Notes under the pieces: model-generated
What the model saw: the letters and a program-made list of their open reading frames with translations, nothing else
What the model was told of the DNA's origin: nothing
Databases searched by the model: none
Made by a program: the position numbers and the translations under genes
From: Octopus bimaculoides
Taxonomy: Eukaryota
DNA length: 37,626 bases
Assembly (NCBI RefSeq): GCF_001194135.2
Contig: NC_068988.1
Coordinates: forward strand, 85,213,451 to 85,251,076
Direction: 5' to 3'
Part shown: positions 22,383 to 35,150 of the stretch, piece by piece
How positions within the stretch are numbered: position 1 is the stretch's first letter
Layout of the letters: every line of letters begins with the position of its first letter

Positions 22383-24292
22383 AAGATCTCTTCAGGTTAA
22401 TTGCGACAATCCCGTTAAACTAATCTAAAACAAAGTTAGCAAGCAATGCAAGGGAGGTAAGCGAGGTATACAACACCTGAAATTACTAACTCTAAAAGTT
22501 GTAACTAATATGCAAGTCGTTCAAGCTGCTACAAATAGCAATCACATCTCCCGCAAATTACACCATCTTGTCTTCAAAAAGCGGACTAGATAATGCAGTC
22601 TTTAGGTACGGTATATTTGAAAATAAGTCGAGATGGTCACGACTAGAATGTCTTTGATCATAAATCTACTTAACCAGGGCTGATTTAGGGCTAAATACCG
22701 GCTGAAATATTTACAGACGTGTTTATAAAATGTTGAAACAAATCACCGCCTGGCTGTTTTTACAAGCTTGTCCGCTTTATAAGTAAGGGAGATAACTTCT
22801 ATAAAACGACGCTTTTCCAAGTGAATGTATTTCTACAAACACGCCATGTCAGTCGTTCCTTATTCTCGCACACACTAAAATAGACATCAGTATATGTGCG
22901 TATCTCTCCTGGAATAATTAACCTACGATTTCCAGTGACTAGTCTTTTTTTCTGTAAGGCATGTATGGCCTTGTTTCAATGTCTAAACACCTAAGATACT
23001 ATGGACATATCTGTTGTAGAGATGGACTGTACACATATCTAAGATATTATCATGCCTCTATTGCAAAGACACAGTGTGTTACCTCCTCACTGAAATCTAT
23101 AAAAGATAGAAAAATAAATGTGAAAATCAACAGCTAAAATATTCAATGCAATCTTCAGTTTGGTTTTTAAGCCTACCTTTACTTAATGAATCTTGGTTTG
23201 TGAGTGGGACAATAAGATCTTGAATATAAGTGGCCAAAACAGAGTTTCTCTGAAAGAGTTGTAGGAGTTTCATTACTCAATAGTGTGTTTGTAGTTCAGA
23301 GATTGCTCCTCCACTCTGAGAGGCCTCAGCTCTGGTATAACAGGTATCACGTTAGAATGTTCGAGGGAAGAACCACAGGATAGATTTAACAGGCATGACC
23401 AACAAGCATGAATAAACCACAAGCAAGATGGCTGAATAATATCCATAGCTTTGGTTTATCTCACTTGGGGATCCAGCCTAAACATTTTTGATAAGACACC
23501 TAGGAGCCTGAAGGGCATATCTGAGATTTCTACTCTTATAGCCTTCATATGAATATGAATATCAAGCTATGAAGATAAATGGTTGTTCAATGTAAACACT
23601 AATCCACAACAAACAAGAATACTATAACCACTGACGTATCTTGACTCACACATCTATCATGATTCAATTGGTGATTCTGCTTCTATTTTCCTTCTCAAAT
23701 TGTTGATTACAATATCAAATATCAACAATAAAGGCTGTTGAAAATATTTAAAATGCATAAAATATTCACATTCCATGACGGATAAGGTATTTACCTGAAG
23801 CAGTTACAGTATTTACCGGGCTGCATAGTCATACTGACCATTTAAAAAGACTTATAAATACTTACTTGATTCAATATTTTGAAATTGGTAACTAAATATT
23901 AAAGATTTTCACAGTGTATATACACACACAACCTTGTCCATGACACTTTGTACCATTACATCTAACATGCTATTATAAAAATAATATAATGAAACAAATG
24001 TGACCATGAAAGCATATATGAGATTTGAACCCAGAACAAAAAGTTCATGAGTAAACATTGCAAGGTATTTTGGTTTGGAGCTCTGTTATTCCTGCCATGC
24101 TACTGAACAAAAGCTCAAGGTCCCCTACATGCTCTGTCAATAAATTGATCTCAGTTACCTAAAAGGTACTTATTTCATTGATCAAAAAAGGTAAAGTTCA
24201 ATCATTCCATTGTCCTTCTTGATATATATATTGAAATATAAATATGATGTATGAACATTTTGCAATATAAGTAGAATGATTATTTTACTTAC

Positions 24293-24351
24293 AAGATCCT
24301 GTCGGTCTGAAACTGCCAGTCCTTAACCGACCAGATTTTGGGGGTAAACTC
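24293..24351 (-). CDS. IFT74: probable IFT74 N-terminal exon (59 nt), SLPPKSGRLRTGSFRPTGS
   Basis: tttgttttacag|GAGTTTACCC...GGATCTT|gtaagt. Strong splice sites, and the phase-1 end joins 20481 in an open frame. Basic R/S/G/T-rich peptide with no ATG, so a further upstream exon is needed. Confidence 0.68.
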
Positions 24352-24665
24352 CTGTAAAACAAACATACGTGATTTAAGAGATAAAAATTAAGTGTATTTG
24401 GTTTTTGGTATATTGTCAATGTATCTAATAAACAATGCTATATTAGCTTTGGTAACAATGGTTCATTTCTAGTGCGAGTATAAAATTTCAGAGGAGTGAG
24501 ACAACTTTTTGGATCAGCTAATTGACTGCTTAATCAACAGGTCACAAATTCAAATCCAAAGCAGTATTTAATTGTGTAACTGGGGATGAATATCTTATTT
24601 TACATTACCTCAATTCACCTAGCTGTTGGTAGAAATAGACACTACGTACATGCATGTGTACATGT

Positions 24666-25378
24666 NNNNNNNNNNNNNNNNNNNNNNNNNNNNNNNNNNN
24701 NNNNNNNNNNNNNNNNNNNNNNNNNNNNNNNNNNNNNNNNNNNNNNNNNNNNNNNNNNNNNNNNNNNNNNNNNNNNNNNNNNNNNNNNNNNNNNNNNNNN
24801 NNNNNNNNNNNNNNNNNNNNNNNNNNNNNNNNNNNNNNNNNNNNNNNNNNNNNNNNNNNNNNNNNNNNNNNNNNNNNNNNNNNNNNNNNNNNNNNNNNNN
24901 NNNNNNNNNNNNNNNNNNNNNNNNNNNNNNNNNNNNNNNNNNNNNNNNNNNNNNNNNNNNNNNNNNNNNNNNNNNNNNNNNNNNNNNNNNNNNNNNNNNN
25001 NNNNNNNNNNNNNNNNNNNNNNNNNNNNNNNNNNNNNNNNNNNNNNNNNNNNNNNNNNNNNNNNNNNNNNNNNNNNNNNNNNNNNNNNNNNNNNNNNNNN
25101 NNNNNNNNNNNNNNNNNNNNNNNNNNNNNNNNNNNNNNNNNNNNNNNNNNNNNNNNNNNNNNNNNNNNNNNNNNNNNNNNNNNNNNNNNNNNNNNNNNNN
25201 NNNNNNNNNNNNNNNNNNNNNNNNNNNNNNNNNNNNNNNNNNNNNNNNNNNNNNNNNNNNNNNNNNNNNNNNNNNNNNNNNNNNNNNNNNNNNNNNNNNN
25301 NNNNNNNNNNNNNNNNNNNNNNNNNNNNNNNNNNNNNNNNNNNNNNNNNNNNNNNNNNNNNNNNNNNNNNNNNNNNNN
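24666..25378. other. assembly gap (713 N)
   Basis: Run of N upstream of the most 5' visible IFT74 exon. Confidence 0.99.
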
Positions 25379-25969
25379 ATGGAAAAAGAAACTAATTTCT
25401 GGCAAGATAATTGTCTCCTTTGCAATGGAATGACCAATGAAACAACACCTTTGGTGTGTGTGTGATCATTTAACGTCTGCTTTCCATGCTTGTATGGGTG
25501 AGATGGTTTTACAGGAGCTGGCAAAGCAGAAAACTGCACCACACTTTGCTGTCTGTTTTTACAGTTGGATGCCCTTCCTAGCACCAACCACTCTGCCGGA
25601 TGGATTGAGTGCTTTTTATGTGGCACCAGTACAGTGGACTGAATGCTTTTTACATGGCACCAGCACTGGCAGAGTCACCAAGTAACTTGCAAGACAAAAA
25701 TCCTTTATATATATATATATACATACACATACACACACAAAGATGTGGGGTGTTGAAAAGTTTCTTGCTTTGGGTAAAAGAAAATACAGGAGGGTCAGTT
25801 ATTCAATATATCACAACATATCACCTATCAAAGTAGTGTCACTATTTTCAAAAGTTTAATAACAAGGCTTTGAATTATAAGCAATATTTCCATGAATTTA
25901 GAACAGCCTAGTAACAAATGCTAAACTACAATCTGTGTGATTTCTATAAACAAAATATGGTTATAAGAT

Positions 25970-26262
25970 AAGGTGGTGAGCTGGCAGAAATGTTAGCATG
26001 TTGGGTGAAATGCCTAGTGGTATTTCGTCTGCCGTTGCATTCTGAGTTTGAATTCCACTGAGGTCGACTTTGCCTTTCACCCTTTCGGGGTTGATTAAAT
26101 AAGTACCAGTTAATCACTGGGGTCGATGTAATCGACTTAATCCCCTTGTCTGTCCTTGTTTGTCCCCTCTATGTTNNNNNNNNNNNNNNNNNNNNNNNNN
26201 NNNNNNNNNNNNNNNNNNNNNNNNNNNNNNNNNNNNNNGTGGGCAATAAAGAAATATATAAG
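25970..26262 (+). mobile_element. major-family SINE spanning a small gap
   Basis: ggtgagctggcagaaatgttagc...gactttgcctttcaccctttcgggg...gtgggcaataaagaaat. Confidence 0.8.
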
Positions 26263-26877
26263 ATACTGCAATCAAATGTTCTGCCTTCTTCCTACCTGCA
26301 GAAAATTGTACAAACCACGTGCTCACAAAACCATTGCAGCTTGCATGGAGATGCAGATGAGAGGCTAGTTTTTTTTTTTGTTTTTTAGTAGGCCTTGATC
26401 ATATTCTGTATCAGCTTATATATATTGATGGTGAATTATTTCCTTGTTTGTTTTAAATTGCTCCTAGCCACCTTGATTATTTTATAATTTTCGCATTACC
26501 GCTTTGTTAAACCAGTCACTGATTCCAATGGCATTCTCCATAATATTAACATGGTGAGTTGGCCTCTACCAGCTGTGATACCGGGAGCATTTACTGATGA
26601 GCATTAATTTCCTATACAAAATTAGCATGCTAATCTAATGCATCTTGCTCATCAATACAAAGAGACCATGTGCTTTTGTGGCTAAGGAGTCTACGACTGC
26701 TATTTCTAGCAATGCTGGTGCTCACTGCACCCTTGTCACTCTTAGTGACACTGAATTATTTCCTTGTTGGTTTTAAATTGCTGTTAGCCATTTTGATTTT
26801 ATATATATATATATATAATTTTAAGGTTTTAACTTTACAACTTGTCTCTTTACAATTTATCATTTTTTAATTATAGA

Positions 26878-27986
26878 ATGCTCAAAGATGTCCCTTGGGT
26901 AGCGACCATCACAGACTGTTGGTCGGCCCATAACAGGTCCTACCTGAGGATGACAGCACACTGGCTGGACCCCAAGACCCGCACGAGACAACACATCATC
27001 CTGGCCTGCTCTTAGTTCTGAGGACATCACACCTTTGGTATTCTTGCCCAGTCTATGGTGGACACCCATTACAAGTTCCATCTGCGAGACAAGGTGACCA
27101 GGACCACGATGGACAATGGCAAAAACTTTGTTACGGCATTTATGCAGTTTGGTACAGAAGTTGAACTCTTGCCAGACATTCCTGAGACAGCTCCTGATCT
27201 GGACATGAAGGGCATCAAGGATGTGGATCCCAAGGCTGGGGATGTGGACGAAGTTGAGTATATCTCTGTTGATGCCAGCGGCCTGGGCCTGAACCTGCTA
27301 GTGCACATGTAGTGCGCAGCGCATACCTTAAACTTGGTAGCCAGCGTAGATGCCAACAAGACTCTTGACAGTGCTTCGTTGAAGTCAGCCTACAGGAAGG
27401 CCATGTCCTAGGCACAGCGGCCGTGGAAGCAGCAGAACCACAACACGGTGGCAGCAGACAGCATTCTGGACGTGTTGAAGAGGAGGCTGGTGGTCCCCAA
27501 CAGTACAAGATGGAACTCTACCTATGACCTCTGTTGTTGTCCTCAACAACATGCTGGAGAAGAATAGGGGAGCTGTCGACAGAGTGATGACACACCTAAA
27601 ACTGCAGACCTTCACTGTTTCTGATATTGGCTTCCTGACAGAGGATGCCCAGGGGATGTCTAATGTTGCCAGGTCCTTGGATAAAATCCAGCGGGAGGAC
27701 CAGGTTTATCTCGGGAGTCTTCTGCCAACTGTAGCGACTACCGTCATGAAGTTGAAGGAGGCCAAATTCAAATATCTCCTGAACTGCAGTCCTCTGGTAG
27801 ACGTGATACTGGCAAGCATCATAAAAAGGCTTGGGCTCCTCCTAGAAGACCTGGAGAGCCAGCTGGTCGATGCCTTCCAGCCCAAGTTTCTGGCTCAAGC
27901 AGTAAAATAACAGTCAGGTTAGCAGAGTAATGAACGCCATGGAAATCGTCATAGAGACAACCCCCATGGAGACCAATGGTCTTTAG
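26878..27986 (+). pseudogene. decayed hAT (Ac/Tol2-like) transposase, catalytic core
   Basis: Across frameshifts and stops: VATITDCWSAHNRSYL.MTAHWLD (first Asp), RTTMDNGKNFV (second Asp), CAAHTLNLVA (CxxH), VPNSTRWNSTYDSV, AFQPKF..WLKQ. No third catalytic Glu and no TIRs seen. Confidence 0.88.
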
Positions 27987-28049
27987 TGCCATTTGGGGTT
28001 TATGTCTGGCGTGCGGAGCAGTTTTCCGATCCCTTTGATATAATTATGT

Positions 28050-28186
28050 TTATATAGCAATGTTAAATCTCTGAACGAATATAATTATGTCGCCCGAAAC
28101 GTCATACTCTCTCTTTCCTTTCCCGAGCGTCTAATAACACTATCCGTATCACGTCCCCACGTTGTTGTTTTTTGTCTTTTTTTGAA

Positions 28187-28190
<4 letters not shown>
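28050..28190 (+). mobile_element. degenerate Penelope-like pseudo-LTR remnant
   Basis: CTGAACGA...CGAAACGTC followed by ttcccgagcgtctaataacac, a tail shared with the 21931-22085 copy. Ends at (TA)n. Confidence 0.45.
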
Positions 28191-28219
<29 letters not shown>

Positions 28220-28221
<2 letters not shown>

Positions 28222-28465
28222 TAATCTTCAAGTTTAGGGGGATAAAAAAAATAAATAAAAATATTCAAGGGAAATAACTGAACGACTTACCAGTATTATC
28301 CGTTTTCTTCTAGCTGTTTATAAATAAATCACACCCTAACCCTAAAGTCAATCAAATCACGTGTGTGATTTATTTATAAACAGAGATGTACGGAGAATAC
28401 TGGTAAGACGTTCAGTTACTTCCCTTGAATATTTTTTTTTAATCCCCCTAAACTTGAAGATTACC
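28220..28465. mobile_element. foldback MITE inserted in (TA)n
   Basis: Termini ggtaatcttcaagtttagggggat / atccccctaaacttgaagattacc. Perfect inner 21-bp arms ctgtttataaataaatcacac / gtgtgatttatttataaacag, with TA on both sides. Confidence 0.75.
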
Positions 28466-30390
28466 TATATATATATTTGTTTGTGTTTGTCGCCATAACC
28501 GCTTGACAACGGGTGCTAGTGTGTTTACGTCCCCGTAACTTAGCGGTTCGGGAAAACAACCGATAGAATAAGTACTAGGCTTAAAAAGAATATATACATA
28601 TATATATATATACGCGTGTGCGCGTATCTTTGTCTCTCACCACCGCTTGACAACTAGTGTTGCTGTACTTACAACCTAATAATCTAGCGGCTCGGCAAAA
28701 AAAGACCGCTAGAATAAGTACTAGGCTCAATAAATAAATTAACAAATATACACATAAGTACTGGAGTCGATTCGCTCGACGAAAATCCATCAAGTCAGTC
28801 GGTGCCCCAGCAGGACCGCAGTTTAATGAATGAAGCAAGTAAAAGGTATATGTGTGTGTGTGTGTTTGTTTGTAAAACTGTCAAATACAGATATTGATCC
28901 TTGTTAAACTGTTAAACTCTACGGGCAAAATGCTTTGGACAAAACACAGTAAAAGTCACAGATAGAACATTAGTAAACAGTGAATATGAAAAGCCATACA
29001 TATCTGCAGCTTTGGGCTATGAGGTGATCCCGTAAACCCTTAAACAAAGTTCTCAGTGTTTAAATAACTTTGATAACGTGTTGCTAGTTGGATGGTAGTC
29101 AAGTTGCATGATGGGATAGCTACTAAACAATCTCCGTTGCTAATGATAATAGAGATAACTTTTCACGTCCCAGTTTAGTGCTTTTGTGAGTTATCTCCCT
29201 TTAACTACTTGCATTCTTTAAACATATGGCACGGGATTTGAACACAGAATGTAAAGGGTTGGAACAAATACCGCTACGTACTTTTTTTTTCTGGACGCTT
29301 TCGGCACATGGTCAATTATTTTGAAGGGTGTCTGTAGTTGTCTTTTGACTTGAGAACTTGATTGGTTCTTTATTATATCTACCCTGAAGAGATGAAAGAC
29401 AAAGCTAACCATGGAGGCGTTCGAACTCAGAACGTAGAAAACCGAAAGAAACGCCACACGGAATTTTGTCCGACGTTCTAACAGTTCTGCCAAAAGATGA
29501 TATAAATTCGTCTGCCGCTGGGAGATGGGTGTTTTTTGGTTTTTGACAGTCAGGAGGGTTTCCCTCCCCTACACTTTTTTTTAAATAAAAATTCTTCTTT
29601 CTTCTTGAACAACAGGCGACATTTATTAAATTAGTTTTTTTCAAATTTAGGCACAAGCTCTATAGACGGGGAGACACCGTTTCCTCACTAGTCTGATGTG
29701 TAATTGCATAAATGTGCATGTATCTTTTTGTGATGGAATATTTACTGATTCCCTTCTCCCACCTTTTCGCCGTTTTTCTACAGTCTATTTTTGTAAAGTG
29801 TTTCTTTTTTTTCTTTTACTGCAGTAGATGTGGCAGTGTGGTCAAGAAGCTTGCTCTCAACGATGTCGTCTTAGGTTCAGCCCCTCTGCACAGTACCTTT
29901 GGTAATTGATTACTACTATAGCTGCAGGCCGACCAAAGCTTTGTGGGTAGATCTGGTCAAAGGAAACTGAAAGAAGGCTGTCACACATATATATGGCTTA
30001 ACTGGCCAAAGCTTTGAAGTCACTGTCAACAACATTATTGTATAAGAATAATAAATTTGTTCTCTACAAATGATGTATAGAGTAGCCCATTATATTAATG
30101 TAAAATTGCGTTTATTATCACTGAACATTATAACAAACGTTAATATGTATATATATATATTCTTTAATTATTTTTATTTCTTTCAGTCATTTGACTGCGG
30201 CCATGCTACAGCAACACCTTAAGGGGCTTTAGTTGAACAAATCAACCCTAGGACTTATTTTTTGTAAGTCTAGCACTTATTCTATTGTTCCTTTTTGCTG
30301 AACTGCTAAGTTATGGTGACGTAAACACAACATTGGTCATCAAGTGATGGTGGTAGGAGGGGACAAACACACACACACACACACACGTAT

Positions 30391-30582
30391 ATGGCACCCG
30401 TGCTGGTGGCACATAACCCCCCCCCCCTACACTCTCGGAGTGGTTGACATTAGGAAGGGCATCCAGCCATAGAAACCTTGCCAAATCAGATCAGAACCTG
30501 GTGCAGCTCTCCAGCTTACCAGTTTTCAGACAAACCGTCCAACCCATGCCAGCATGGAAAACGGACTTTAATGATGATGATC
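30391..30582 (+). mobile_element. RTE LINE 3' UTR fragment
   Basis: ggcacccgtgctggtggcac...ctacactctcggagtggttgacattaggaagggcatcc...caacccatgccagcatggaaa, then (GAT)n. Confidence 0.65.
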
Positions 30583-30949
30583 ATGATATGACAGGCTTCT
30601 TTCAGTTTCCATCTACCAAATCCACTCACAAGGCTTTGGTCAGCTCGTGGCTATAGTGGGACTGAATCAGAAACCATGTGGTTGGGAAGCAAACTTCCAC
30701 TCAGCTACATCTGTGCCTATATATAATGATGGTATGGTGCAATTAAAATGAGAGGAAGAAAATAATACCGTTCTCCATCTTTTCAGTTTGATGAGATTAA
30801 ACACCTAGTCTTAATGTAAGAAATCTTCTTTACAGGTACATCAACCCTTTTGTTCCAAAACCTTTCCAGATGACTAATTTTTCCAAACCAGGCTTGGTCC
30901 CCTTGGTCAACACTTTCTAAATCACACAAATATTAGATTTACTTAAATG

Positions 30950-31113
30950 TAGGTGCAAGCATGGTTGTGTGGTAAGAAGTTTGCTTCACAACCACACAGT
31001 TCCGGGTTCAATCTTATTGCATGACACATTGAGCAAGTGTCTTCTACTATAGCCTCAAGCCAATCAAAGCCTTGTGAATAGATTTCGTAGACGGAAACTG
31101 AAAGAAACTCATC

Positions 31114-31115
<2 letters not shown>
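30950..31115 (+). mobile_element. tRNA-derived SINE with CORE-like segment
   Basis: ggttgtgtggtaagaag (A box), ggttcaatc (B box), tgagcaagtgtcttctactatagcc. Related copies at ~29820-29990 (+) and ~30590-30710 (-). Confidence 0.7.
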
Positions 31116-31155
<40 letters not shown>

Positions 31156-32049
31156 NNNNNNNNNNNNNNNNNNNNNNNNNNNNNNNNNNNNNNNNNNNNN
31201 NNNNNNNNNNNNNNNNNNNNNNNNNNNNNNNNNNNNNNNNNNNATATGGACTAGCAGAGATACCCGGCATTATCCGTGTCACATGGAATTGAAGAATTAG
31301 CCTTTTTTTATTAATACATTCACTGAAAAACTGGAATATCTATGATTCGAATTTCATCAAAACTACATAGGAAGAATTTTAATGAGGGTTCTTTCCCTCT
31401 TTACACACCCCAACAAAAATTCTAATCATGACACATTTATCCCATACTACTCATCTTTATGCCCAGATTCCAAAATTCAAATCTTGTGGAACGTATTGAA
31501 AGGTTTTTGCTTTTGAAAAATGGAGCTCATGGAGCTCTTTGTGGGAGTGAAGCCCAGGGCTTTTTTTATTTTGATAAGCCTGGTACTTATTCCATCAGTT
31601 TCTTTTTGTTAAAACAGTAAGCTATGGGGATGTAAATATTTTTTTTCTACCTTGTTTATCACATTTATATGCTTACTCCAGTAGAGTTGCATTTCCTTCG
31701 CATTTGTTACACTGTATTTATTATGGTAGTTTTGACTTCAAGAGTCCTTCCTAGCGTGAGGCATTTATGTATAGTAATGCCCTTAATATAAATAAATATA
31801 TTTAAAGAGAATAATTAAAAAATTTTCCCTCCTGAGGTTTTTCACGCTGAATACTTGATAAATTCTTATAAAGATTTTATCCTATTTTTAAATTATATAT
31901 ATATACTTTTAAATTAACATAATAAATTTTTTCTTTAATGTGAACATAAAGGAAAAAAATCCTGTTCCTCTAATTTATGTATTGGCTGGAGGGTCTCTAG
32001 TGTTTTAATATATCTTGTTGGAATTTAAAAGTGAACCACCGGACACTTA

Positions 32050-32487
32050 GTAAACCATTAGCATCTGGTTTACATCGAATTACTGTAACGTGGGTTATCT
32101 CCCTTGTGTTTATGTAAAATCTCGTGCTCGTCAAAAATGGTAATAATTCCAAAAAACAAAGAAAATGCAAAAATTCACCCCTTAGGAATCAACAAATCAA
32201 AAAATAAATGGCCGATTCCGGGCATATTCGACCATGAGGAATCCATTGGTGCGAATCCCAGATTACTATCTTGTAAACCATTAGCATCTGGTTTACATCG
32301 AATTACTGTAACGTAGGTTATCTCCCTTGTGTTTATTAAAATCTCGTACTTGATTCAAAAGAAAAAAAAAAAAGAAAATGCAAAAATTCACCCCTTACGA
32401 AGCAAAAATCGAAAAATATTGGCTGATTCCAGGCATTTTCGATCATGAGGAATCCATTGGTGCGACTCCCAGATTGCTATCTTGTAA
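32050..32487. repeat. imperfect direct tandem duplication, units of ~223 and ~211 nt
   Basis: gtaaaccattagcatctggtttacatcgaattactgtaacg... starts at 32050 and again at 32273. Confidence 0.9.
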
Positions 32488-34079
32488 GGTGTGGATTTCT
32501 ATAGATGCAACACACACACACACACTCGCAAACTCAGCTTTACAATATGTACTGATTACTACAATGTAGCCTTAGCAGTACTTTTAATTCCTTTTCATAT
32601 ACATGCAGCTTCAAATAGACTGACACATGTTTTTGCTACATTGATTAGTAACTGTTGCAATTGCAACATTACTATAATACCATTGAATAACCTATTTTGA
32701 ATATCTAACTGTGAGCAAACTGGTAAACATTTGGAAAATCCTAATTACCATTGTGTGTGTGTGTATGTGTGGGAGAGAGTGAATCTTTGTGTCTGTGTTT
32801 GTTTCCTACCACCGCTTGACAGCTGGTGTTGGTGTGTTTACATTCCTGTGAGTTAGCAGTTCAGTAAAAGAGACTGATAGAATAAGTGCCAAGTTTAAAA
32901 AAAGGTACTGGAATTGATTCATTCGACTAAAAATTCTTCAAGGCAGTGCCCCAACATAGCCACAATCTATATATTGAAACAAATAAAAAATAAGAGATAA
33001 CTAAACAAAATAGAGGCATCTGTACATTAATATAAATAATGCATATTTATATTAATATTGTAATATGCAAGGTTCTAGATACCTAGTCTGGTGGCCACAG
33101 AAATTTGAACTTCCTGCTCGTAAATTAGAGCACATTATTTGAGATTCTGAACCATCAGTGTCCGGTAAGTTGAAACACAGGAAGGTATTTTCCAAGTAGA
33201 GGTGACATTCAATAAATTTGGCTTTAGTACTTGATAAGTACATGTATTTAGTGCTTGACTAGTACTTTCATTTTATTGATCCTGGATGTATTGATTTAAG
33301 TTTTGTAAAGGGTCTTGAATGAATACCTCAAAACATTTTGCTCAAAGCTTTACTGCTTTTGTCATTCTCAAGGCTTCAAATTTAATAGGAAGGGATATAG
33401 ACTCTTTAATCAAACCAGTTCTCCTCTAGTATGTATTTTATCAACCCCCAGCATGATGTAAACACAGAACCATTGATACAAATAGGCAAAGGGAGAAATT
33501 TCGATTATCCCCACATGGTGAGTTGTAATGCAAAAAATATATATATAAAATAAAAGAAGGAAAATGCACATACTTTACATAGTTCTAGTATATTTTTGTT
33601 AATATATTTTATATTGTGTTTGTCGACTGGTTTCACTTTTGCTAATCATGACATTGAAATTATTGTAATTTCATATTTTCTTAGGAAGATTTTAGTCCAC
33701 ATTGTCTTTGCAGAAAAGTCTGTGAATGAATGATTCAACAAGTAGAAAAATCTAAGGGGAGGTAATTGGTGATCGTTATTATTGGGGACAGGAGAGGTAA
33801 TTGCTCATCATTCAGGGNNNNNNNNNNNNNNNNNNNNNNNNNNNNNNNNNNNNNNNNNNNNNNNNNNNNNNNNNNNNNNNNNNNNNNNNNNNNNNNNNNN
33901 NNNNNNNNNNNNNNNNNNNNNNNNNNNNNNNNNNNNNNNNNNNNNNNNNNNNNNNNNNNNNNNNNNNNNNNNNNNNNNNNNNNNNNNNNNNNNNNNTATT
34001 GACTAATTTTTATTCTCGCTGGACCACTGGTGGTAAATAAAATTTCTAAAATTTTTTTTTGCTGCCCTATGATTTATTA

Positions 34080-34113
<34 letters not shown>

Positions 34114-34479
34114 TTGTTCGCTCTACTAATTATGATATGTTGCCATTCTTACCTGGCAGTAATTAATAAACTTCTTTTCCTTTTACTCAAAATATTTAAA
34201 GTTTTGTTCTAAAATCATGAATCGAAACAAAGATTGTTGCATTTTGGAAGAGCATAGCCTCTGAAAGAAACTTTGCAAGACAGAATGAAGTTTATTCCTT
34301 TTCCTCCTATACTACCCTCACACCCAGAAGTTGATAGTGGCTCCTACTCCAATCAAGAATTCATGAGGCTCCTTCTTGGATCTCTTGTCCCCAGGTCCCC
34401 AAGTACTGGTGATCCCTACTACTATCTCATAGGTTCTGTAAAAGAGATATCCTTGTCATTCGCTAATAGACCAGCGAAA

Positions 34480-35150
34480 AGGCTATGAGCTGGCAGAATT
34501 ATTAGCACATCAGACAAAATGCTTAGTGGCATTTCATTCGTCCTAACATTCTGAGTTCAAATTCCACTGAAGTTGACTTCATCTTTCATTCTTTCGGGGC
34601 TGATAAAATAAGTATCAGTCGAGCACAAGGGTCAATGTAATCACTTACCCCAAATTTCTGGCCTTTTACCAAAATTTAAAACCAATATTAGACAAGTGAA
34701 AAGCTTACAATACTAAGGGTTCTGTTTACAGATTACAAACATCAGGGGTCTTATAAACAGTTGCTGTGATTGGGGATCAGTAAATAGGTTGTTACATAAG
34801 AGGATCATTGGTTGTCATATTAGGGGATGAGTGAACAGCTTACTGTATTAAAAAATCAGTAAACACATTGTTATTATATTAAGAGATAAATGACAAGAAG
34901 GTGGCAGACTGGCAGAAATGTTAGCATGCCGGGCGAAATGCTTAGCGGCATTTTATCTGTCTTTACATTCTGAGTTCAAATTCCACTGTGGTCGACTTTA
35001 CTTTTCATCCTTTTGGGGTCGATTGTGGTCGACTTTACCTTTCATCCTTTTGGGGTCGATAAATTAAGTACTAGTTGCATACTGAGGTCGATCTAATCGA
35101 CTGGCCCCCTCCCCCAAAATTTCGGGCCTTGTGCCTAGAGTAGAAAAGAA
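34480..35150 (+). mobile_element. two major-family SINEs, the second with an internal duplication of its core
   Basis: Heads at ~34485 and ~34900. gtggtcgacttta..tttcatccttttggggtcgat occurs twice at ~34988-35060. Confidence 0.8.

Noticed and set aside
24586-25626. Long ORFs of 259-335 aa (also 4516-4953 and 33766-34040)
   Set aside because: They are open only because they cross N gaps.
27933-27973. Three tandem RFX X-box-like motifs (CCATGGAAAT, TCATAGAGAC, CCATGGAGAC) as the IFT74 promoter
   Set aside because: They lie in the shifted reading frame of the hAT transposase relic (RVMNAMEIVIETTPMET), and each has only one good half-site. No adjacent exon or donor was found. Co-option cannot be excluded but is unsupported.
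33076-33165. Plus-strand AG...GTAAGT bounded segment as an exon of a nested gene
   Set aside because: All three frames contain stops and there is no recognisable homology.
34153-34436. Minus-strand segment between a good acceptor and a good donor as a coding exon
   Set aside because: Stops in all frames across the full length and no recognisable protein. Kept only as an unproven UTR or donor candidate.
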